Of a DNA stretch of 28,064 nt, positions 19,201-25,676 are shown piece by piece (the first letter of the stretch is position 1; every line of letters starts with the position of its first letter). The position numbers were made by a program, and so were the translations under genes. The notes beneath the pieces are model-generated. The model was not told the origin of the DNA, ran no database searches, and saw only the letters and a list, made by a program, of their open reading frames with translations. The stretch is from a virus (lineage: Duplodnaviria > Caudoviricetes), in the IMG/VR virus record IMGVR_UViG_3300048578_000390, positions 1 through 28,064 of that record; one strand, 5' to 3'.

Positions 19201-20991
19201 ACCGTGGGCGACCTGTCGTCGGGGACCGATGCGCCCGTCAGCGATGCCGCCCGGGCGCAGTCCCTGCGCGGCCAGATCGACACGGCCTACAACACCATGC
19301 AGACGGCCGGGCACGGCAGCGCCCGCACCGCTGCCGCGTCCCAACTCTCCGATCTGGCCCAGCAATATCTGTCGGCCCTCCAGTCCTCAACCGGCGACCA
19401 GGACGCCTACATGGCCGCCTATGCCGAGATCATGACCAAGTTGCAGGATGCCAAGTCCCTGGCCGGTAGCGAAGAGAGCTATTCCCTGCGCATCGTCGAT
19501 GCGCTCGAGGCCGAGCAAAGCATCCTGGATCTGATTTTGTCCGAACTGCGCAAAGAAGACCCCAACACGGAACAGCTGCAAGCCTTGCTGCTGGCCTCCC
19601 AGATTATCGGATCGGACCTTTCCGGCCTGTACGCCGATACAACCGGTGCGGGAGCGAACTGGCGCGAGTCTGTTGAGGATTTACTCAAAGCGGCCGGCTA
19701 CAGCGACGCCGACATCACGGCGGCCCTGGGCGGCCCGACCAGTTCCAGTTCCTTCCTGGCCCAGTTGGCGCAATTCAACAGCCAGACCATGCCGCAATAC
19801 ATGCAGCAGATATTGGTGTTGCTGACGCAGATGAAAAACATTGTCGGGCAACTCAACGAAGAGCCGCCAGTTATCACGCCGCCGCCGGTGGACCCCACCG
19901 ACCCGGAAGAGGAAGCCTGGGCCGCCAACCTGCGGGGAGCCATGAACGCCCAGGCCTACGCGGGGCGGACGAACTGGACCGTGGACGAAGTGCTGGCCGG
20001 TCTCGACACCTATGCCGGCTGGGGCGGCAGCTACGGCATCACCGCGACGACCGGCTATGCGACGCCGACTGACGCGGCCCTGCAATACTACCACGCCAAG
20101 ACCGCCCAGGTGAACACGTCCACCGGGGGGACCTCTAACTGGCGGGACATCCGGGCGGCCATCGATAACGCGTACGGAGCCGGGAACTATGGAGCGCACT
20201 GGCTGGATTGCGGTTTTGCCGAAGGCCTGGACGTGCCGTCCGCCGACGCCATGCTGCTGAAGACTCTGCGGTATTTCAAGACGAAATGGTCAAATGACCC
20301 TGTCGGGACGCGATCACCCTTGGTCCTGGCCCAAATGATGGCGGAAATCATGGGCCTCCCGTTCGATAACAGCGCGGCGACCCTCGAATACATCGCACGC
20401 CAGCATTGGGACCGATACCTGGCCACCGGCCAACCCCGCAGCCCGGGCGATATCGGTCTGGTGCGGCCGTATGCGGCCGGCGGCGTCATCCCGGCCGGCG
20501 GTGTCGCCCTGGTCGGTGAGCGCGGCCCGGAGCTGGTGCGCCTGGGCGTCACCTCGGGCGTGAGTCCCTACGCCACCACGCTGAACATCTTTGGCGGGGT
20601 GCTGGGCAGTGTGCAGGCCGGGTTCCAGGGATTGGCCGGCTTCATGGGCAGCTTCCCCCAGGCCGTCGACGTGCTGGCCGGCATCCGGGGCGACATCCGG
20701 GACTACCGCGCCGGTCAGGCCCTGCGCGACCTGTCGTTCGGGGAGTTGTTGGCCGGCATCGGGGCCGACCTGGGCGAAATGCGGCAGGCAACCGTCAAGA
20801 GGCAGGACGGGTCGGACGCTGCCGTGGTTGTGCTGCGCACCGTGGCGGATGATCTGCGGGAGTTTAAAACACGCAGCCGGGAGCAGCTTGCCGATCTGAC
20901 CCTGGCAACCCGCCGTCTGGATGCCCGGATGGACGATTGGGACCAGTACGGGCAACCGCCTGTGCGCAAGACAGCCGGAGCGCAGCAATGA
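13264..20991 (+). CDS. Tape measure protein, 2575 aa
   Basis: Ala-rich helical sequence, Gly-rich hydrophobic segments, internal repeats, C-terminal YAAGG...LVGERGPELV motif; follows the chaperone pair. Confidence 0.9.
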   Translation: MAENRVKVVIEADAAGAIASLGQFVQALDRSGVSAKLSDNAMAKLADRFRDKLSTDQAQAALDRTRAQIERIGTAAGLSQQELAKLCRQLGVVPAQATAANNAISTISNGATTSAGAFNSLITQLTAAVAAYISLRSALNLVADSISTAARYQTMGVVLEQVGQNAGYSRNQMMDFAASVQQTGISMVESRESVTKMAAAQLDLTKAGELARVAQDAAVIANTNSSDAFGKLVQGITTGQTVLLHHMGIMVNLEDAYKAYANRLGLTKGELTEAQKRTAALNAVLEEGSRRAGTYEAAMGTVGKQLQSFKRYVQDFETMLGAAFLEAASSNVSTATDSMRQLQEVIQDPTTQDMLASLASGLSNVLNILMSETPSAVSAIIGGIQDIKNTWDSVPDEVKMLLKYGSAAAIGARFGGVGGAVVATGLTALDSNDGVRSWRISSMEEHASKMNDKLYNETDPEKRKELEENLNAQIELLRRYRDEKLSISKQLSEAIRNNNTAKSHGSTIPGIPTKTEQDEANAWWAEYYKGMRQYKESVEAGLAIGQNNKSHAPIDRQQTALANTLKSQQETIAKGWSAAWAAGDWDTVRNLNDAASASLGAYNDKLDSLDRKGSRGAKSAAAAATAAERYGERASAYLDNVTQSLQAMDDSLSGGLGRESARVDKWFTQAINQAQQAMIGAKGDAAAYQQVIDLLTASYQKFHDLAVQKDTIASLRAQADVLRELAQTLGDPALLERGGEAETAAWTAEMEQKITAQAASQSKALWDAAVAASRKAGADTLAIWQEVAGQWTVIDQDRADKMGLLDAAAQKKRLESTVSNYEQYQGVSDKYWQARKALLEEELATVRRVADDETAYRIYAAGQWDAYNKALLERQAEYAGSFAETLETKWALAYGTYKSEATRTKESWDRTADGIIQATDGMIDGVVTGAGDMLRSWGQGTAGIEDLMRNLKSSVLDIFASMIEEMLRMWLKDFVGGLGGGSGTGSGWLGSLGGSLPATSTTSGGSVWDVARMANLGDSIGRSAGDSMLDSLAGGSSDLGMVIGDAPDIGKGIAKELSKSSDFYNASASTYAAGSYQTWSAGSFTSAVQKGTESGWKSVLGNAAVGAGIGSLFNSGDSMTGTVGGALGSLAGSGLSTMLGLAGSTLGSLLGPIGGALGGLLGGLFGGSSSVTEKTGSGYKIAINAGTLNMSGVDFYKTTTSGMFGSTSTSHSIADTGMVDPDVARQINDALDDIAENLQDFAKTLGISAEVLDSFSFPEMTLTSEQLDVYVRNVGNAMAFTALEAAGLRGAFDAVAKDYEVYSDEFERLSTSFGLVSGYTEAFGYDLSALANITDEKLATLREAASSTAAGTAGATLAMAQSMGATADQLAQLSASATNAGEAVQATDEQLRRIAEADYASQLIEAVGGDDEFQAAMERLVKHTLSTLDQYAENLGYYTDKATEYIGMLSETGVGLDNFWARFDAAMRGPLTADEFEAWNDAAKWVDALNTIQDALDDWAEMVRQYNTDLDVRALRAQGLDQLADITELLAAQENELTAARAAGYDAATLKKIQETQRLELAQMEAEQGRDYWQAIEELIIRERKAAGDPYAEAAETYFKSDWEYRDAAAAGLLSATELVRLAAVQAREVEKLTNEIAATIEANVRTVQSRLLRAMGHSDEADRLDRQTAAEKELRDARESGLYTAQALTDLETAMTLELAQAIEEQLAAQRKIQTDLAVRLLRATGRGDEADLLERQAAAEQQLRDARISGLYTAQAYADLEKALALELQQAIAEQQAAQRAIQTSLTVRLLRATGHGDEADAVESLAAAESALAQARQDGYSAANLLLLAQVQAAELAQEALARLNQVRADWADLAARAYEAAGNDTMASWTRLLEQQRQERYEALNSGRGQEYMAQLGQVQEAERASSWQKLQEQAWQDHLDELNDTLSDLKSQLSTLVNVIGDTIGSITDVLDQELTTYRALAADARSARLAIDKTVGDLSSGTDAPVSDAARAQSLRGQIDTAYNTMQTAGHGSARTAAASQLSDLAQQYLSALQSSTGDQDAYMAAYAEIMTKLQDAKSLAGSEESYSLRIVDALEAEQSILDLILSELRKEDPNTEQLQALLLASQIIGSDLSGLYADTTGAGANWRESVEDLLKAAGYSDADITAALGGPTSSSSFLAQLAQFNSQTMPQYMQQILVLLTQMKNIVGQLNEEPPVITPPPVDPTDPEEEAWAANLRGAMNAQAYAGRTNWTVDEVLAGLDTYAGWGGSYGITATTGYATPTDAALQYYHAKTAQVNTSTGGTSNWRDIRAAIDNAYGAGNYGAHWLDCGFAEGLDVPSADAMLLKTLRYFKTKWSNDPVGTRSPLVLAQMMAEIMGLPFDNSAATLEYIARQHWDRYLATGQPRSPGDIGLVRPYAAGGVIPAGGVALVGERGPELVRLGVTSGVSPYATTLNIFGGVLGSVQAGFQGLAGFMGSFPQAVDVLAGIRGDIRDYRAGQALRDLSFGELLAGIGADLGEMRQATVKRQDGSDAAVVVLRTVADDLREFKTRSREQLADLTLATRRLDARMDDWDQYGQPPVRKTAGAQQ
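18214..18843 (+). repeat. 210-nt (70-aa) tandem repeats within the tape measure gene
   Basis: CGGCTGCTGCGGGC recurs at 18214, 18424 and 18634 (RLLRA.G..DEAD); degenerate copies lie on both sides. Confidence 0.88.
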
Positions 20992-22061
20992 GAGTGATGC
21001 TGTTACGGGTGTTGGACGACGCTGTCGTCAAATACTGCAATATCCCCGAGGACGATCATCCTGTCTATGACCCGGACCACGTATATATTGCCAGCGAAAA
21101 GGTCATCAGCAACGGCAAGCGGTATCAGGCTGTGGCCGGCAAGACCATTGCCGGCATCGACGCCTGGGCCGGCGACGTGGAGTATGCTCCGGCCCAGTGC
21201 TGCTATGTCGAAGATGTGCATCGCATCTATCAATGCAACATCGCCAACACGGCAAAGTATCCCCCAAACTACAGCGTCGACAGCAAAAGCGAATGGACGG
21301 AAATCGGGGTGCTCAATCGCGGCATCGCCCTGACCGACGGGACCGCCTGGGCCGAGTTGGGACCGACCAACCGCGCCGCCGCCCTGGACGCCTACTCGCA
21401 CACCCAGACGATCGGTATCCCGGTCGAGGGCGGCCACGCCATCGAATGGCATTTCAACGCCTCGCGTTGCAACGGGCTGGCGTTGTTCAATGTGGCCGGC
21501 AGCCGGGTGGATGTGGAATGCCTCCGCAACGGGGTCACACTCTGGACCCGTACCATCCGGTTGTCCCAGCGGGGCGCGACAAAGCTATTCCCGTATTTCT
21601 TCGGCCCATGGAAACAGTTGCGCGCCAATATTTTCGAGCCGTTTCCATTGTCGTTTGGAGCGGAGTTGCGGGTTCGCATCTTCGGCCACTCCCTGGCCAA
21701 GTGCGGTGCCGTGGCCATCGGCACGACGCGCTACGTCGGCGACGTACGGCTGGGAATGCGCCTGGATACTGCCGATTCCTCGAAGATCACCGAGGATGCG
21801 TTCGGCGTGGTCTCGTATTCCAAGGGGCTTACGCGCAAGAAGCGCACGGTCGAGATTGAGATCGAAAACAGACATGTCTCCTGGGTGGACAACCTGTTTG
21901 CCGGGCTTTCCGGCACACCAGCCGTCTACATCCTGGATAACTCCGAACGCACGAAAAACACCATTGAGGCAATGTTGACCCTGGCCATAAAATCCACGTT
22001 TTCCATCGTCGTGGACCACGGCACCTATTCCTACTGCAACCTCGAAACAACAGGCATGTGA
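20988..22061 (+). CDS. Tail tip/distal tail protein with possible chitin-binding-like (CBM5/12) modules
   Basis: ATGA coupling to the tape measure gene; two W/Y....Y.....V.....YQ-type segments (YDPDHVY...NGKRYQA and WAGDVEY...HRIYQC). Confidence 0.62.
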   Translation: MRVMLLRVLDDAVVKYCNIPEDDHPVYDPDHVYIASEKVISNGKRYQAVAGKTIAGIDAWAGDVEYAPAQCCYVEDVHRIYQCNIANTAKYPPNYSVDSKSEWTEIGVLNRGIALTDGTAWAELGPTNRAAALDAYSHTQTIGIPVEGGHAIEWHFNASRCNGLALFNVAGSRVDVECLRNGVTLWTRTIRLSQRGATKLFPYFFGPWKQLRANIFEPFPLSFGAELRVRIFGHSLAKCGAVAIGTTRYVGDVRLGMRLDTADSSKITEDAFGVVSYSKGLTRKKRTVEIEIENRHVSWVDNLFAGLSGTPAVYILDNSERTKNTIEAMLTLAIKSTFSIVVDHGTYSYCNLETTGM

Positions 22062-22062
22062 C

Positions 22063-23694
22063 ATGATAGACGTAACCATCCGGCCATTGCCCAAGCCACC
22101 GCTGACCGTTGAAGACGAATTACAATACGAAGAGGATATGGCCCCGTTTTTGGATGCGTTGCCGGGCGTCGCTGAAGACATTAACACGCTCTCCGGTCAG
22201 GCCAACGCCCTTGCACAAGCAGTAAATGCAGCAGCTGCTGCCGTTGCTGCCGACAAGGAAACTGTTGCAACAGCCCGGGCAGAGTCAGAGTTGTTGGCGG
22301 CGGCGGTCGACCAAGCCCGGGGGCAGGCCGTGGGAGCGTCGACGACGGCCGTATCCGCCTCCATGACGGCCACAAACAAGGCCGCCGAAGCCAGCGGCTA
22401 TGCACGTGATGCGAAATTGTACGCTGAAAATGCCGGCGTCATGCCGGCGATGCGTGACACGTTGGGGGTGTTCCCTGGAGTCATCCAGCCGGCGCTCAAT
22501 CTGTTTGCGCCCGCCATGACCACGGATACGGTCCCCATCGGGACTTTTAGCCGTTCGACCGGGGCGTTCCGGATGGGCCAGACAGGCTTCCTGGAGTGGG
22601 TGGCGGCAGATCGTATCCGTCGGGACTGGGATGCTGACGGGAACCTACTTGGATGGCTGCTTGAAGGCCCGAAAACGAACTTCCTGCCAAACTGCCTTAC
22701 GTTTGGTGGCTGGACTACGGCTGGTTGCTCCTTTGTTCAAAACTCTTACACCGCACCAGACAATACCCTTACGATGGGCAAGCTCTCCGAAGACGCGTCT
22801 TCTGGCCAGCACTACCTGATGGCTCCCGATTCTTTAATCGGCAACATTCCCATGACGGCAAGTATTTATGCCGATCCTGATGAGCGATCTGTTTTTGCCG
22901 GTGTATTGTCTGACACCGTCACGTCCGTTATCGAAGCCAGATTCGATCTGTCAAATAACTCTGTCTCAATTCCAACAATCATGGCCCCCTGGACGGATGT
23001 TTCTGCCAAAATCAAATCGCTTCGTGACGGCCGCCGTCGTTGTATTTTGACCGCCACAAAGGGGCAGGGCGCATCCGCATCGTTCTTGGTGTATCCCATT
23101 TCTGGCGGATTGAATTCCTATCTCGGGGCTGCCGGCAGCGGCCTTGGGTTGTGGGGTGCGCAGCTCGAAGAAGGGTCGTTTGATAGTTCGCTACGCTCCA
23201 CAGCGGCCACCGCCACAACGCGCCCTGCTGATTCTTGGGTTATTCCTGTTTCATCGTTTCCTTTCAATTCCAGTCAGGGTACTTTTTTTGTTAAAGCTAG
23301 AACAGCCCCGGGCCTGCCTCCGTCTGAAATGAATCAAGTGCTGTTCGTTTTGAACGATGGGTCTTGGAATAATGCTCTATATGTTGCTCGTGGAAGCACC
23401 GGACTGCTTAAAGTTGGCATCTTCCGTAATGGCGCTCCATCTGTTCTTAATCTTGGCGCTGTTCAAAACGATACAGACATAAAACTTGTCGTATGTTTTA
23501 ATAAAACCAAGATTAAGGCATGTCTCGATGGTTTTGACGTTTTTTTTGCTAACATTTCTCTTCCAGACTCCTTGTCCAGCCTTTATATCGGCCGCGATGC
23601 TCTCGGCAATGAGGCTTGGTTTGGTCACCTCTCTCATTTGGCTGAATTCCCTTATGAGAAGTCAGACAGTTCCATGCAGGCAATTTCATCGTAG
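22063..23694 (+). CDS. Tail fibre/receptor-binding protein (coiled-coil stalk, beta-rich lectin-like head)
   Basis: Ala-rich N-terminal stalk; GWLLEG..TN, WGAQLEEG and TRPAD motifs typical of phage spike/fibre proteins; AT-richer C-terminal half. Confidence 0.75.
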   Translation: MIDVTIRPLPKPPLTVEDELQYEEDMAPFLDALPGVAEDINTLSGQANALAQAVNAAAAAVAADKETVATARAESELLAAAVDQARGQAVGASTTAVSASMTATNKAAEASGYARDAKLYAENAGVMPAMRDTLGVFPGVIQPALNLFAPAMTTDTVPIGTFSRSTGAFRMGQTGFLEWVAADRIRRDWDADGNLLGWLLEGPKTNFLPNCLTFGGWTTAGCSFVQNSYTAPDNTLTMGKLSEDASSGQHYLMAPDSLIGNIPMTASIYADPDERSVFAGVLSDTVTSVIEARFDLSNNSVSIPTIMAPWTDVSAKIKSLRDGRRRCILTATKGQGASASFLVYPISGGLNSYLGAAGSGLGLWGAQLEEGSFDSSLRSTAATATTRPADSWVIPVSSFPFNSSQGTFFVKARTAPGLPPSEMNQVLFVLNDGSWNNALYVARGSTGLLKVGIFRNGAPSVLNLGAVQNDTDIKLVVCFNKTKIKACLDGFDVFFANISLPDSLSSLYIGRDALGNEAWFGHLSHLAEFPYEKSDSSMQAISS

Positions 23695-23703
23695 GAGTTT
23701 TCC

Positions 23704-24417
23704 TTGAAAGATTTTTGCATTCATTCTTCTACCGAATCCCAAATCGTCGCTCATTTTGTGGCCTCCGGCCTGTCTGCTCTTGGTCTTGATGGCCAGCAAC
23801 ATCCTGTCGGCATTTATAGCTACGTCGGTCCCGTTGTTGAGACACCGGGCACAAGTGACGGCCAAGGGATGCAGATAACCGCCCCCGTCTTACTCCCCGG
23901 GGTGTACGCCGTATATCGTGCCGACGACGAGCAAGCTGCCGCCCTCCTGGCCACGCAACTGCCCGAGGGCGTTGCCCTGGTCGATCCGCCGGCCAATCTG
24001 CGGCGATTTGGTGGGGAGTGGTTGGCCGGGCCGTCACTGGCGGCGTCGCAAGCATCGGCAGTAGCGGTACTCAACGCTGCCTGCGACGCCGCCCTGGCCC
24101 CGCTGACGGCACGATATCCCGAGCGCGAGGTATTGAGCTGGCCGCAGCAAATCGCCGAGGCCACCGCCTGGGCAGCCAACCCGGCCGCCGACGTGCCGCT
24201 GTTGCGCACCATGGCCGCCGAGCGGCCCAGTCTCGGCACCTCGCTCGATGATCGGGTGCCTGAGCTAGCTCGACGCATTCTGGCCAATGCTGCCGTCTGG
24301 TCTGCCGTAGCCGGCCCGATCCTGGGCCGCCGGCAGGCAATAGAGGATCAGATCGAGGCCTGCGCGTCGCCCGAGGCCGTGGCCGACGTGGTCATTGATT
24401 TGGGAGGTCTGTCATGA
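23704..24417 (+). CDS. Tail fibre assembly/chaperone-like protein
   Basis: AGGAG RBS with TTG start; YPEREVLSWPQQIAEA, PLL..MA..R and G.RQAIED.I motifs; follows the fibre gene. Confidence 0.68.
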   Translation: MKDFCIHSSTESQIVAHFVASGLSALGLDGQQHPVGIYSYVGPVVETPGTSDGQGMQITAPVLLPGVYAVYRADDEQAAALLATQLPEGVALVDPPANLRRFGGEWLAGPSLAASQASAVAVLNAACDAALAPLTARYPEREVLSWPQQIAEATAWAANPAADVPLLRTMAAERPSLGTSLDDRVPELARRILANAAVWSAVAGPILGRRQAIEDQIEACASPEAVADVVIDLGGLS

Positions 24418-25346
24418 GTCGCAGGGTGTTGACGGCCGACGGCGGCGGACTGCTGGGGCTGACAGCCGCCATGGTGCTGGCCGAGATCGAGGCCCGGACC
24501 GGTCGTCTGGCCGCCGACCTGTTTGACCTGGTTGCCGGCACCAGCACCGGCGGTATCATCGCCTGCGCTGTGGCCGCCGGTATCCCGGCCAGTCGGGTGG
24601 TTGCTCTCTACCGGGACAAGGGCCCGCAAATCTTTCCCCGGTCCTTCGCGCATCGGTTGGCCACCGGCTTTGGCCTGTGGGGGCCGCAATACGGGGCTGG
24701 GGGCATTGAGGCCGCCCTGGCCGACGTCTTTGGCGACCGCAAGCTGTCTGACTGCCCGGTGGAGCTGCTTGTGCCGGCCTACGACATAGAGGCCCGCAGC
24801 CCGGTGCTGTTTAAGTCCGTCAAAGCCAAATCATACGGTTGGCGCGATTTCTATTTGCGCGACGTCTGCCGGGCGACGTCGGCCGCGCCGACGTTTTTTC
24901 CCCCGGCGCGCATCCAAAGCCTTGCCGGAGATGCCGGCACCTTCGTGGATGGCGGCCTTTTCGCCAACAACCCGGCCGCCTGCGCCCTGGCCCAGGCGGC
25001 CAAAGCCGGCCGCCTCGACGATGTGGTCCTGGTGTCGCTTGGAACGGGCCATATCGAGCGGCCGTATCTTTATGAGATGGCCCGACGTTGGGGACTCGCT
25101 GCCTGGGTCCGCCCGTTGCTCGATTGTATGTTCGATGGTCAGGCCGACACGGCCGCCCATCAGTGCAAGGCGCTCCTGGGGGACCGGATGGCGCGCATCC
25201 AGCCGGCGTTGCCCGGCGAGCTGGCCATGGACGACGCCAGCCCCAAAGCGATGGCCACCCTGGAAGCCATCGCCCGGGGTGTGATTGCCGACCAGGATAC
25301 GGTCCTGGACAAGATTTGCGAGATGACGCTGCCCAAGGCAGCCTAA
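24414..25346 (+). CDS. Patatin-like phospholipase
   Basis: DGGG loop, GTSTG nucleophile, ATSAAPTFF, DGG catalytic Asp, ANNP and SLGTG motifs; GGAGG RBS. Confidence 0.93.
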   Translation: MSRRVLTADGGGLLGLTAAMVLAEIEARTGRLAADLFDLVAGTSTGGIIACAVAAGIPASRVVALYRDKGPQIFPRSFAHRLATGFGLWGPQYGAGGIEAALADVFGDRKLSDCPVELLVPAYDIEARSPVLFKSVKAKSYGWRDFYLRDVCRATSAAPTFFPPARIQSLAGDAGTFVDGGLFANNPAACALAQAAKAGRLDDVVLVSLGTGHIERPYLYEMARRWGLAAWVRPLLDCMFDGQADTAAHQCKALLGDRMARIQPALPGELAMDDASPKAMATLEAIARGVIADQDTVLDKICEMTLPKAA

Positions 25347-25350
25347 AAGC

Positions 25351-25428
25351 GGAGCAGGCGAGACGGGTGGAGCCGCCTCACTGGCCCGATGCGGGGACAT
25401 CGGACCACCAGCCGAAGCCGGCTGCTCC
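25351..25428 (-). ncRNA. Candidate 78-nt cloverleaf RNA upstream of com
   Basis: Four helices; the three mismatches seen on the + strand all become G-U pairs on the - strand; C(UUCG)G tetraloop; short U tract downstream. Confidence 0.62.
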
Positions 25429-25499
25429 CTGCCCATGATCTGGCGACCAGGGGTATGAGGGGCGTAGCAGGGCAAGCACAACCTTGTAAAGAGTAGGGA

Positions 25500-25676
25500 A
25501 TGCGGGAAATTCGATGCGGCGAGTGTAAGAGACTGTTGGCAAAGGGGGAGGCACTGGACCTCTCCATCAAGTGCCCGCGATGCGGGACCATGAATCTCCT
25601 GAGGGCCTCGAGCCCCGGACCAGAGCCCCAAGAGGCCCCACCAGGAGAACACGTTGTATGTCGGAAGTCTTTTTAG
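25500..25676 (+). CDS. com: Com-family zinc-finger translational regulator, 58 aa, missing from the ORF track
   Basis: MREIRCGECKRLLAKG....LSIKCPRCGTMN; overlaps the start of the downstream modification gene, as Mu com overlaps mom. Confidence 0.9.
   Translation: MREIRCGECKRLLAKGEALDLSIKCPRCGTMNLLRASSPGPEPQEAPPGEHVVCRKSF
25595..25648 (+). promoter_or_regulatory. RBS-sequestering hairpin and putative Com target site
   Basis: TCTCCTG 25595-25601 pairs with CAGGAGA 25642-25648; GGGCCTC 25603-25609 pairs with GAGGCCC 25632-25638; four GAGNNCC repeats. Confidence 0.7.

Noticed and set aside
22063-24417. Invertible G segment or diversity-generating retroelement at the fibre gene
   Set aside because: No invertase, no reverse transcriptase, and no inverted or template repeat seen
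24414-25346. CBASS defence system
   Set aside because: No CD-NTase or ancillary cap genes; the patatin is embedded in the late operon
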